This document shows, in pieces, positions 1-7,874 of a stretch of DNA of 64,000 nt. The first letter of the stretch is position 1. Each line of letters begins with the position of its first letter. The notes under the pieces are model-generated. The model saw only the letters and a program-made list of their open reading frames with translations. It had not been told where the DNA came from and did no database searches. Position numbers and translations under genes: made by a program. This DNA is from a virus. Its lineage: Duplodnaviria > Caudoviricetes. Location: the IMG/VR virus record IMGVR_UViG_3300033067_000884, positions 5,650-69,649 of that record. One strand, written 5' to 3'.

Positions 1-32
1 GAATGTATGAATTGCTGTTAGCGTCTACTTCC

Positions 33-188
33 TTACACTACCACTTCTTGCTCATCGGGAAACCAGTACTTGTACATTGTATTATCGGCCCAAACGGCGT
101 TATTATGGAACTCGTCCTCAGCGATCTTGATGTACCATACGCCATCGATGCTAAAAAGCGCGCCGATTACTACATCCCGAAACAACAT
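33..188 (-). CDS. small hypothetical protein (51 aa)
   Basis: Hand translation MLFRDVVIGALFSIDGVWYIKIAEDEFHNNAVWADNTMYKYWFPDEQEVVV*; below the ORF-track cutoff; directly downstream of the promoter at 207-228. Confidence 0.6.
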   Translation of the reverse strand: MLFRDVVIGALFSIDGVWYIKIAEDEFHNNAVWADNTMYKYWFPDEQEVVV

Positions 189-206
189 CACGCCTTACTT
201 TCTATC

Positions 207-228
207 ATTATAACACATGTGGACTACC
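207..228 (-). promoter_or_regulatory. phage-specific promoter GGTWGTCC-N8-(-10), copy 1
   Basis: Minus strand GGTAGTCC ACATGTGT TATAAT. Confidence 0.8.
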
Positions 229-487
229 GGCCTGACCAGATCGTCAACAATGGATCAATCATCACAGTGTTCCCCAGCAGCAGATGTACTTCGTTGTCCA
301 GCTTCGCCACTGCCTCTAGCATAGGTGCCGGTGTGCCGCCCATAACAGAAAACAGGACACTCATCATGAACTGATTCAGCTCATGATTATCGGGAAACCG
401 CTCCCGGAGCCGCTGCGCAGTGATAGCTGCTCCACGCTGTAGAGCATCGACCTTCGCATTGTGAACGTCCTCTGCTGTGTACGCCAT
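224..487 (-). CDS. hypothetical protein
   Basis: 87-aa ORF with SD GAGGAG, co-oriented with neighbours. Confidence 0.65.
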   Translation of the reverse strand: MAYTAEDVHNAKVDALQRGAAITAQRLRERFPDNHELNQFMMSVLFSVMGGTPAPMLEAVAKLDNEVHLLLGNTVMIDPLLTIWSGR

Positions 488-546
488 GTTTAGTCTCCTC
501 TAACACGTAAACGTGTATCGCCTAATTCCGCGCTCCACAGGAAAAA

Positions 547-948
547 TCAGTAATCGATAAAGTCACCGTCGCTATCGTACAATTCAGGGTCAAGGCCATT
601 CGAGTCGCCGCTATGATCCTCAGGCGTGGTATATTCACGCTTGTACCACTTATACAACTCGTTCTGGTCACCCCGCACGTCAAGCTTGTCCTTGGCATTA
701 TTGACGATCTTGTGAAATGTGCCTTTATTCATACCCAACTCAGCCGCGCCATCGCGCAATCCACTGCGTAGATATTGCTCAAACACAATCCGCTCATGCT
801 TGGTCAGGCCCGTAAGTTCATCATAGATATGCGCCGGGTGAGTATTTCTGCCAGTAGCGTGATACCCACGATCTGGTTCATGATCTACTTCCTCATCATC
901 GTCGTCATCATCACGTATACCAAGTAGGTTTTTGAGGAAGTTGCTCAT
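547..948 (-). CDS. HTH protein (sigma70 region-4/LuxR-like) with acidic N-terminus
   Basis: LTKHERIVFEQYLRSGLRDGAAELGMNKGTFHKIVNNAKDKL resembles a region-4 HTH; poly-Asp tract RDDDDDDEE; SD AAGGAG. Confidence 0.6.
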   Translation of the reverse strand: MSNFLKNLLGIRDDDDDDEEVDHEPDRGYHATGRNTHPAHIYDELTGLTKHERIVFEQYLRSGLRDGAAELGMNKGTFHKIVNNAKDKLDVRGDQNELYKWYKREYTTPEDHSGDSNGLDPELYDSDGDFIDY

Positions 949-950
949 GC

Positions 951-1175
951 TTAGCTCCTTAGATGTACGATTGCTACGATGATGAGTCCGATCATACCAA
1001 TTACTAACGCCGCTATGTCAAGACGCACGATCACCGGCGTTGCATTGTATGCACTCACTAGCAAAGGCTGGGCACTGCCGCGTACGAACTCCTGAATCAG
1101 CGCAGTGGCAAGACCAATCGCCCCGGCGAGTACAAGGATAGCGGACGCAATAGCAACATAAATGCGGTCAGGCAT
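951..1175 (-). CDS. small membrane protein
   Basis: Two hydrophobic helices; start moved to MPDRIY (1175) because the upstream ATG lies in the promoter. Confidence 0.65.
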   Translation of the reverse strand: MPDRIYVAIASAILVLAGAIGLATALIQEFVRGSAQPLLVSAYNATPVIVRLDIAALVIGMIGLIIVAIVHLRS

Positions 1176-1198
1176 CACATCTCGCTTTCTATAGACAG

Positions 1199-1227
1199 AG
1201 TATAGCACATATGGACAACCGCGTCAA
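1199..1227 (-). promoter_or_regulatory. GGTWGTCC promoter copy 2, with TTGACG -35
   Basis: TTGACG c GGTTGTCC ATATGTGC TATACT, 17-bp spacer. Confidence 0.85.
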
Positions 1228-1529
1228 GCATTTCTGTCTCTGGCAGAGAATAATTCCCCATCAGACTCATCATCAATCCATGGCTCGTAATCCACTGTAT
1301 AAGTCTTGTTCTCCATGAGGAAACCAGATAGAGTCGCAGCTATGTGACCATACGCAATGAATGTCTTAACTATAGGCATAATAGGGTGTTCTCTGTACAT
1401 TTCCACAATTAACTCATGCGGGCGTCTTTTAAATCGGCTCCCCTTAAAGAATACTATACGCCGAACTGTACCCGTGAACGTTGCTTCTTGTATTGGATTA
1501 TCCTGCGGCATTGTTGACTCTCCCGCCAT
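1224..1529 (-). CDS. hypothetical protein
   Basis: 101-aa ORF in a run of co-oriented genes. Confidence 0.6.
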   Translation of the reverse strand: MAGESTMPQDNPIQEATFTGTVRRIVFFKGSRFKRRPHELIVEMYREHPIMPIVKTFIAYGHIAATLSGFLMENKTYTVDYEPWIDDESDGELFSARDRNA

Positions 1530-1911
1530 GAAACTGGCGTACTAGCACCCATTCTTCACGGGTAGGGTCATCTTCCATATCGCGTATCTCATGATACTGC
1601 AAGAGGTCAAGACGGAAGCAATACGCCCAGCGATTACGATAATGATCCGGTAGCCGATAATCTGGCATACTACGTAGCCGCCCATCTCTGCCCATATAGC
1701 TACACGCCTGTACAGGGACAAATTCGTAGTATTCAATGTCCCGATTCTGCCCGGATAAATCAGGCAGAAACGCATAGTCACTAGGAGCGAATGGGCCGAC
1801 AGTATCAGGTGTTTCAAGCATATTGGAAAATGTCACTTGCCCACGATTCGCTTCAATGATTTCGCGGGTACGTTGGGCAGCTAATTTATGCAGTTCCAAT
1901 GCGGATGGCAT
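1498..1911 (-). CDS. hypothetical protein
   Basis: 137-aa ORF with SD AAAGGA, downstream of promoter copy 3. Confidence 0.7.
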   Translation of the reverse strand: MPSALELHKLAAQRTREIIEANRGQVTFSNMLETPDTVGPFAPSDYAFLPDLSGQNRDIEYYEFVPVQACSYMGRDGRLRSMPDYRLPDHYRNRWAYCFRLDLLQYHEIRDMEDDPTREEWVLVRQFHGGRVNNAAG

Positions 1912-1977
1912 AATGATCCTTTATTTGCTACTAGAACGGCAAGAATGTTTGCACGTCATACTACTATATATGTAGTA

Positions 1978-1999
1978 AGTATAACATATCTGGACAACC
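1978..1999 (-). promoter_or_regulatory. GGTWGTCC promoter copy 3
   Basis: GGTTGTCC AGATATGT TATACT. Confidence 0.8.
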
Positions 2000-2211
2000 T
2001 ACGCCGTAATATCGACGTATGTACTACGCACTTGGGTAATTCTGAGACTATCTAGCTCAGCCCATTGAATGGACTTGATGGCGGCGATATGTAGCCAGAA
2101 ATATACCCGCGCTTCGGCGGAACTGCCGACGGGTATAACACTATAGTCTTGAATGATAACATCCGGCGCGTTCTTATAGAAATACTCGAAAGAAATGATA
2201 TGGATGTGCAT
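1999..2211 (-). CDS. hypothetical protein (70 aa)
   Basis: Start moved to MHIHII with SD GAGGGAG; the longer track ORF begins inside the tRNA. Confidence 0.55.
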   Translation of the reverse strand: MHIHIISFEYFYKNAPDVIIQDYSVIPVGSSAEARVYFWLHIAAIKSIQWAELDSLRITQVRSTYVDITA

Positions 2212-2299
2212 AGCTATTCTCCCTCTATGGATTTCCCCAATATGAGTTCGTTTTATATACCACACATATTGAGTCACAGTTCTTCGCCGCGATGTGATG

Positions 2300-2385
2300 T
2301 GGTGGGCTAGATGGGATTCGAACCCATATGACATTGCTGTCAGCGGTTTTTAAGACCGCCGTGTATGCCGTTCCACCACTAGCCC
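2300..2385 (-). tRNA. trnL: tRNA-Leu (anticodon UAA) with encoded CCA
   Basis: GGGCTAG/CTAGCCC acceptor stem plus ACCA; D-loop AGTGGTGGAACGGCATACAC; anticodon arm GCGGT-CTTAAAA-ACCGC; long variable arm; T-loop GGTTCGAATCC. Confidence 0.95.
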
Positions 2386-2963
2386 TTATAATACATTGCT
2401 ACATACGCAGATGGCCCCAGCGGTATCTTCGAATATAACGCATCCGAAGATATCTGGTCATATAACTGATACGCCCTGATTGCATTGCTTCGATCCATTA
2501 TTGGATGACTATCATACCAATGTGTTGTAGACACGACACTCGATCCCTCTAATAGGTCAGTCGGCGTTGTATCGAAATCAAAATGCTTCGGACTGGATAG
2601 GATGATCCGAGTGAACAAAACAGACCACCATAGCGCCCGGTATACATGAGCAACTGGGCCGCTAACGGTGATATCCAACGTATAGCGACTGAGTACCTGA
2701 TCTTTAACACTCTCGACAACAAACACAGCTTCGCCGGGTATCCACTTTGTTAGATATGCTTGGAGATTGGCAGCGTATTCTTCACTAACAGAAACAGCAA
2801 AACGAAGGTATAATGTAAATGGTGCCTTTGGGTCATTATAGATGGCCCGGCGCTCCGCATCTGCGTATATATACGCGCCCATGTTTGATGCAGCTACTTC
2901 CCGACAAGAAAACGAACCATACATCTTTTGCGTATCCAACTTCATTTTGAATTGTCTAGGCAT
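2379..2963 (-). CDS. hypothetical protein, probable paralog of 12075-12902
   Basis: 194 aa; shares a (S/Y)CR(E/D)V motif and an HVxxA-aromatic-S-x4-R helix with 12075-12902. Confidence 0.7.
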   Translation of the reverse strand: MPRQFKMKLDTQKMYGSFSCREVAASNMGAYIYADAERRAIYNDPKAPFTLYLRFAVSVSEEYAANLQAYLTKWIPGEAVFVVESVKDQVLSRYTLDITVSGPVAHVYRALWWSVLFTRIILSSPKHFDFDTTPTDLLEGSSVVSTTHWYDSHPIMDRSNAIRAYQLYDQISSDALYSKIPLGPSAYVAMYYKG

Positions 2964-3543
2964 CTTCTACTGCTCCAACTAATACTCGTGGCCATTGCCC
3001 TAGTGCAGCAAATGTATAATAATCGTACCGCACAGCAAAGGGCATGATTGTTTTAAGCCACGCGTTCTTCTCTTCCACACTCCGCATTATAGTCATATTC
3101 CACAATCTGTCAATCCCAAGCCAGATCAATGAGTCTAACTTCCCATCTTGACACGTAATGATTGACCCCGTATAATCGCCGCTAAGTAAATACTGGGTGA
3201 CATATAGCATCGCGGAATCGGGCGACAACGTATTGTCCGCAATACACTCGTTATATACGTCAATGTACTGATTGCGATCAGTATGGTCAATGAGCGTACG
3301 CACGCCGGTCTGGGTTATACTGCATTCTGCCATAAAATCCTCGTAGAAGTCGGTCTGCTCACTCAGCGTATAGTCCCGCCGACGCGTAGCCACATACGAT
3401 AACATAGCGGCGCGGATGATTGGGAAGTATGATGGGTTCGCCAAGTGCGAGAGTGAGTGGATTGTTGCATCCGACAGCGTGCGCGTTGTAGCCTGGATTT
3501 GAGCATATGTTAGAATCGCCTGTGCAACCATTATTGCCCCCAA
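2956..3543 (-). CDS. hypothetical protein
   Basis: 195-aa ORF overlapping both neighbours, as in coupled phage genes. Confidence 0.7.
   Translation of the reverse strand: MGAIMVAQAILTYAQIQATTRTLSDATIHSLSHLANPSYFPIIRAAMLSYVATRRRDYTLSEQTDFYEDFMAECSITQTGVRTLIDHTDRNQYIDVYNECIADNTLSPDSAMLYVTQYLLSGDYTGSIITCQDGKLDSLIWLGIDRLWNMTIMRSVEEKNAWLKTIMPFAVRYDYYTFAALGQWPRVLVGAVEDA
3148..3176 (+). promoter_or_regulatory. perfect-consensus sigma70 promoter, antisense to the surrounding genes
   Basis: TTGACA cgtaatgattgaccccg TATAAT, 17-bp spacer. Confidence 0.55.
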
Positions 3544-3953
3544 TTACTCAAATCCAGCTTTGTATACGTCAACGAGTAGTCCCGGTAGAACATCCCTTCT
3601 AGCCGATATTCTTTCTGTAGCGTCTGAGGATGCCGATGTGCCATGTAGTTATAGAGACCGGTGACGTTATCAAAGACGAAGCAATCCTCCCAGTCTTTGG
3701 ACACATAGACATATTTACGCCATGCATAATCCGGCCCGCTTGACGCTGCGGTCATTGACCCCGCCACAACAAGGAACGCGCCGATGTACTCCTGTGTTGC
3801 TGTGTCATGCAATTGCGTAATAATCACAACCCGGCCTAATGCAGCAATGCGACCCTCATCAACCAGTTCCTTTACAAACTGGGTATAATTCGTCACATCA
3901 GTGGGGTCAAGGATTGTGATATCCTGCTCTGTTTCTTGTTTCTTGCGCGCCAT
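3531..3953 (-). CDS. hypothetical protein
   Basis: Start moved to MARKK, TAATG-coupled to the upstream gene. Confidence 0.7.
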   Translation of the reverse strand: MARKKQETEQDITILDPTDVTNYTQFVKELVDEGRIAALGRVVIITQLHDTATQEYIGAFLVVAGSMTAASSGPDYAWRKYVYVSKDWEDCFVFDNVTGLYNYMAHRHPQTLQKEYRLEGMFYRDYSLTYTKLDLSNWGQ

Positions 3954-4246
3954 TATGCCCTCTGTATATTCCGAAGATACTCTCCGTTGAGTAACAGTAC
4001 ATCTACCCAATCATCTGGGCCCACTACGCGTTCAAGATATTCACAGACGCGCCCAAGAGACATTGGTGTTTGCTCCACCTCTATCTGCCCGTTGAGCGCA
4101 TCTGCTGCGATAACTGTACGACTAGTATAACACTGCTGGACAACCTCTCGCACCTTGTACCATGTATTGAAGTAAAAGAACTGCGTAGCAGTACAGACAT
4201 AGATGCTATTGGGAAGGAGCGTTCTCGTAGATGGAGATATTCGCAT
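3953..4246 (-). CDS. hypothetical protein
   Basis: 97-aa ORF; exact start uncertain. Confidence 0.55.
   Translation of the reverse strand: MRISPSTRTLLPNSIYVCTATQFFYFNTWYKVREVVQQCYTSRTVIAADALNGQIEVEQTPMSLGRVCEYLERVVGPDDWVDVLLLNGEYLRNIQRA
4124..4145 (-). promoter_or_regulatory. GGTWGTCC promoter copy 4 (intragenic)
   Basis: GGTTGTCC AGCAGTGT TATACT. Confidence 0.75.
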
Positions 4247-4538
4247 ATGTGCCTATATCATCCGCCGGAATGACGTAGTAGCGTGCAGTGAGCGGAGCCT
4301 GATCCTTCCGCTTCTGGTCATAATCGGCGTATGTTGTATCACCATTGACCAGAACAAACGCAGGTTCAACTGGCGGCTCAAACAAAACCCGGATGCCGAC
4401 AAGCTGATTTGTATCGGTACGCACGATGACCATCACGGCTTCGAGAATGGGCAGATGCTTGGCTATCTGCAACGCAGCGCGGGTGCCATTATACACCGCC
4501 ATATCGATGAACGGCTTGAACTCGTTAGGGAATTCCAT
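4206..4538 (-). CDS. hypothetical protein
   Basis: 110-aa ORF with SD GAGGAAG. Confidence 0.65.
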   Translation of the reverse strand: MEFPNEFKPFIDMAVYNGTRAALQIAKHLPILEAVMVIVRTDTNQLVGIRVLFEPPVEPAFVLVNGDTTYADYDQKRKDQAPLTARYYVIPADDIGTYANISIYENAPSQ

Positions 4539-4721
4539 TTACTTCCTCTCCACAAACAGCGGCAACACCAATAGGATCAGTCCAACAATCAGCGAAAGGA
4601 TGCTGGCGATGTTCAGCGCAATATTCGTAGTACGATACCTTTGTATATAGAGATAGCATACTGCACTGATTGTAAGGAACGTAGCTCCCGCAGCAACGTA
4701 CAACGCAGGTTCCATGAACAC
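4539..4721 (-). CDS. small membrane protein (2 TM)
   Basis: Two hydrophobic segments; SD AAGGGG; GTG start. Confidence 0.65.
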   Translation of the reverse strand: MFMEPALYVAAGATFLTISAVCYLYIQRYRTTNIALNIASILSLIVGLILLVLPLFVERK

Positions 4722-4727
4722 ACCCCC

Positions 4728-5201
4728 TTAATAAAGGTAGAGATACAGCCCCACTTTTGGTAATCTATCAATATCACGCCAATCGCTCTCTCCGACATAT
4801 TGCCATTTATCTACATCCGACGATACTTCAATCGTATTGTATGCCTTTGGCATTCCTTGAGAATCTACCTCAACATGAACCCACAAGCCGCCCTGGTCAA
4901 CTGAACGATAGCTAGCAGAATCCCCGATAGTTCGGCGGCGTTGTAGAGGAGTACGTGGACTCTCCATATAAACAGCCTTTGTGGTAGACGTAAACATGCT
5001 GGGTGTCGTACTCTCCTGCATATAGACCGGCGTACCAGGATCAAGGCGCTCAGCGGCTTCCCCACGACGAACGCGCATTTGTTCCTCAATACGCTCCATC
5101 TGCTCGGCCCGTAGACGACTGGCTTCTACTGCCATTCGGGCGGCTTCAAGTTCTTTAGCCATATCCACAGACTTATTATCACTATATTTTGCGCTTGCCA
5201 T
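4728..5201 (-). CDS. hypothetical protein with N-terminal coiled coil
   Basis: Start moved to MASAKY (SD GGGAG); ELEAARMAVEASRLRAEQMERIEEQMR coiled coil. Confidence 0.65.
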   Translation of the reverse strand: MASAKYSDNKSVDMAKELEAARMAVEASRLRAEQMERIEEQMRVRRGEAAERLDPGTPVYMQESTTPSMFTSTTKAVYMESPRTPLQRRRTIGDSASYRSVDQGGLWVHVEVDSQGMPKAYNTIEVSSDVDKWQYVGESDWRDIDRLPKVGLYLYLY

Positions 5202-5394
5202 TTTTAATCTTCTCTCCCTTAGGTATGCGTATTTCGAAAGTCCCTGTCTCATTGTCAATCTTCCAAACTAACATCTTATTTCCGTCGGTTATCCCTTTTG
5301 CTAGCTGAATCTCTCTAAACGCCTGCCCGATGCCAATAAGAGTGTCACGGGCACGTACCAGCTCAGTGACGTGCCCTTCGATTGTTATGCACAT
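5182..5394 (-). CDS. hypothetical protein
   Basis: Start moved to MCITIEG, immediately after the stop of 5396-5998. Confidence 0.55.
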   Translation of the reverse strand: MCITIEGHVTELVRARDTLIGIGQAFREIQLAKGITDGNKMLVWKIDNETGTFEIRIPKGEKIKNGKRKI

Positions 5395-5395
5395 A

Positions 5396-5998
5396 TTACC
5401 TACGCTGCTGCTGCGCCGAAGCCTTACGCCCGGCGAAGAACGCATTCGTAACCCAGTCCCATGCAATTGATAACGCGATCAGGAATACCCACCAGCCCAG
5501 TGTAGCTGCCGTTAGCGTCCGAATGAATGTAGATACCGTCTCGTATACGCCCGGAGCTGCCCCGAACTGAACACAGAACAGCCAGTAGATACCCACGAAG
5601 TTAATGATTGACTCGATCACGGCTCCAATACGCGCAGCGGTAACATTGTGCCGGAACTGGAAGATCGCAATGCTTAGCCCACCCTGCACGATCAACGCGG
5701 CGACCAGCACAATCATGCCCTCGGTGCTAGATACGATCTGCGGGAGACACGCAACGATCTGCCCACGCTCCCCTAGACACGCTGGCGGAATCTTCATGAA
5801 AATCAGCATTAGCACAATCGCGGTCAGTAACGCTGATAGCACCCAGAAGATTGCACCGTAGATCAGCATCCCAGAAGGGCCTTGCGCTCTGCTCTGCGGT
5901 CTACGCTGGCTATCGCCACCACCACCTCCACCGCGAGGATTGCTACCGCCCTTGTTCTGTTCTGCCCCCTTGTCCTTGTTGTCAGTCTCACCCGCCAT
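5396..5998 (-). CDS. multi-pass membrane protein with Gly/Gln-rich N-terminal tail
   Basis: About 4 hydrophobic helices after GGSNPRGGGGGGDSQRRPQ; SD GAGGTG. Confidence 0.8.
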   Translation of the reverse strand: MAGETDNKDKGAEQNKGGSNPRGGGGGGDSQRRPQSRAQGPSGMLIYGAIFWVLSALLTAIVLMLIFMKIPPACLGERGQIVACLPQIVSSTEGMIVLVAALIVQGGLSIAIFQFRHNVTAARIGAVIESIINFVGIYWLFCVQFGAAPGVYETVSTFIRTLTAATLGWWVFLIALSIAWDWVTNAFFAGRKASAQQQRR

Positions 5999-6010
5999 GA
6001 AAGCACCTCG

Positions 6011-6811
6011 CTATAGTTTAATTAGTTGATCGGTTGTCTCGCTTTGGTGTATATACATTCCCTCGTACGAAGGCGATAGCGCCTGGGGATTGATCGCCTG
6101 CGTAACCAACACCGATGTCCCGGCGCGTACGGTCACCATCTGAAACGCTTTGATCTCAGTAATACGCCCGAACTTGTGCATCCGCCCCCAATAGGTCAGT
6201 GCCCAATCTTTCACAGACAACAACACTGTCGGGGACGTATTGAACAGAAACCCGTTATCATCGATGGATACATAATGCAGCTCCCTATTACCCCGCAGGA
6301 GCGTTACATGCCCATCAAGCTCAAGCGCAAATGCCCACTGGCTATCCGCGCCGAACTGAGCTGTCCATGCGTTCACTAGCTCGGCAGTAATGTCCCCACC
6401 ACGCTCATTCAGCAACGCCACCAGCAACTTGAACGCCTGGTAACTATCTACCTTCGGCTCATTCCCTTGGGCTGCTGGCATGTCCTTGATAAAGCCGTTA
6501 TGGGCTGCCATCAACACGCGCCCATCATCTAGCCGAAAGCGGAACGGATGCGATGCATGTGGCGAAATCTCGGTATTACGCGATGCAGCGCGCACATGCC
6601 CAATCCAGAACCGATCATTCGCCAAGCCTGTGAGCCATCCTGACCCCACATGAAGATAGGGAGAATGTGTCTTAGAGACTACTAGGCCATCGGTGACACC
6701 CACGCCGTCGTGCTGTCCATCAGCGTTACTTGCCAGTAATGCCCGGTCAAAGAATAGTCGCCGCATTGACGGGTCAATACGTACGCAGGTATCTACCGTG
6801 ATTCGACACAT
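6011..6811 (-). CDS. class II (Ntn) glutamine amidotransferase / gamma-glutamyl hydrolase
   Basis: N-terminal MCRI (Cys nucleophile), GHVRAAS, HPF, HNG, DS motifs. Confidence 0.85.
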   Translation of the reverse strand: MCRITVDTCVRIDPSMRRLFFDRALLASNADGQHDGVGVTDGLVVSKTHSPYLHVGSGWLTGLANDRFWIGHVRAASRNTEISPHASHPFRFRLDDGRVLMAAHNGFIKDMPAAQGNEPKVDSYQAFKLLVALLNERGGDITAELVNAWTAQFGADSQWAFALELDGHVTLLRGNRELHYVSIDDNGFLFNTSPTVLLSVKDWALTYWGRMHKFGRITEIKAFQMVTVRAGTSVLVTQAINPQALSPSYEGMYIHQSETTDQLIKL

Positions 6812-7206
6812 TATATCTCTCCTACTGATTGTACGATTGATGCACCCCAGTCAGCGTTCGCTTCGCTGAATACACGCTGGGCCTCTGCTTCTAATCCGGC
6901 TGCTACGAACATAACGCCGCAGTTTGTCTCCACACTGATATCCGTCGGCTTGCCTGTTAGCACACAACTAGATGTGATCTTGTACGTATTCTGTGGCCCG
7001 GCATATCGACACTTCCCGCAGATAAGCAGCATATCCACGCTGGTGACTTCGGTACCCACAGCAATCGTCTGGGTCGCTTTGAGCGGACTGATCGCAACGA
7101 GCTTATTGGTATCGGCGTCAACCTCAACAATGCCCTCTGCGATAAGAACCGGGCCGCGAATACCCAGTTCGGTTAAGGACGCGCTGCACTTTGGACACTG
7201 GATCAT
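6811..7206 (-). CDS. zinc-ribbon hypothetical protein
   Basis: CPKC and CGKC pairs; start moved to MIQCPKC. Confidence 0.7.
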   Translation of the reverse strand: MIQCPKCSASLTELGIRGPVLIAEGIVEVDADTNKLVAISPLKATQTIAVGTEVTSVDMLLICGKCRYAGPQNTYKITSSCVLTGKPTDISVETNCGVMFVAAGLEAEAQRVFSEANADWGASIVQSVGEI

Positions 7207-7874
7207 GTTGTACGACCCTTCGGCGTATAGCCACATACAGTACACGGTACTTGACGCGGCTTGGGTGAATTACACACAAAACACTTCCCGGCAGCCTCTA
7301 AGCTGGCCCGCTTCCGATCAGCACTCGTTGTCGGATTCTGTAGCACATCCTCAACAACTTGCTGGCGTACCGATACAGTAGCGACACCGGTGATCTTCGG
7401 TATACGCCCCTTCTGCTCATCATAGTCCGCCAGCATCGAGCGGAAATCTGCCCGACTGATGATCATGCACGACATGTTCATATGGTACAGATTATAGATG
7501 CTGTTGATGATATGCTCCCGCTCAACACGTACCCATCTACCCGCACCCTCGTTCTGGTAAAACTTACCATACGTGCTAACAAGTTGATTGATACGCGGGT
7601 CAAGCATAAACGGCGCAGATGAACTCTGGACAATATAATCCTGCGCCGCAGCTCGGTCATTCTCGATCAGCTTACACAACAGAATGCGCCCCTGCACCCT
7701 CTCAGACGTAACCCGTGAGCCATTACGCTCGGACAATGCCAGGTACAGACGAACAGCCGCGATCTTAAACCCCGGAGAGTTCGTCGGAGCTGGGTATAGC
7801 CGATTTGACATACGCGCCGAGGATATCACGCTATTGATAAAGTCCTGATCTTTGCGCGTCAAAGGAATTGTCAT
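7203..7874 (-). CDS. hypothetical protein with C-terminal zinc ribbon
   Basis: CFVC...CTVC at the C-terminus; start MTIP overlaps the upstream TGA. Confidence 0.7.
   Translation of the reverse strand: MTIPLTRKDQDFINSVISSARMSNRLYPAPTNSPGFKIAAVRLYLALSERNGSRVTSERVQGRILLCKLIENDRAAAQDYIVQSSSAPFMLDPRINQLVSTYGKFYQNEGAGRWVRVEREHIINSIYNLYHMNMSCMIISRADFRSMLADYDEQKGRIPKITGVATVSVRQQVVEDVLQNPTTSADRKRASLEAAGKCFVCNSPKPRQVPCTVCGYTPKGRTT

Noticed and set aside
503-516. Palindrome ACACGT-AA-ACGTGT, and TACTAC-N7-GTAGTA near 1960
   Set aside because: Single short inverted repeats with no second copy found; compatible with chance
2212-2299. Possible tRNA-associated HDV-like (theta) ribozyme after the tRNA
   Set aside because: Only two simple hairpins (TCACA/TGTGA, CAATATG/CATATTG); I could not build the nested double pseudoknot
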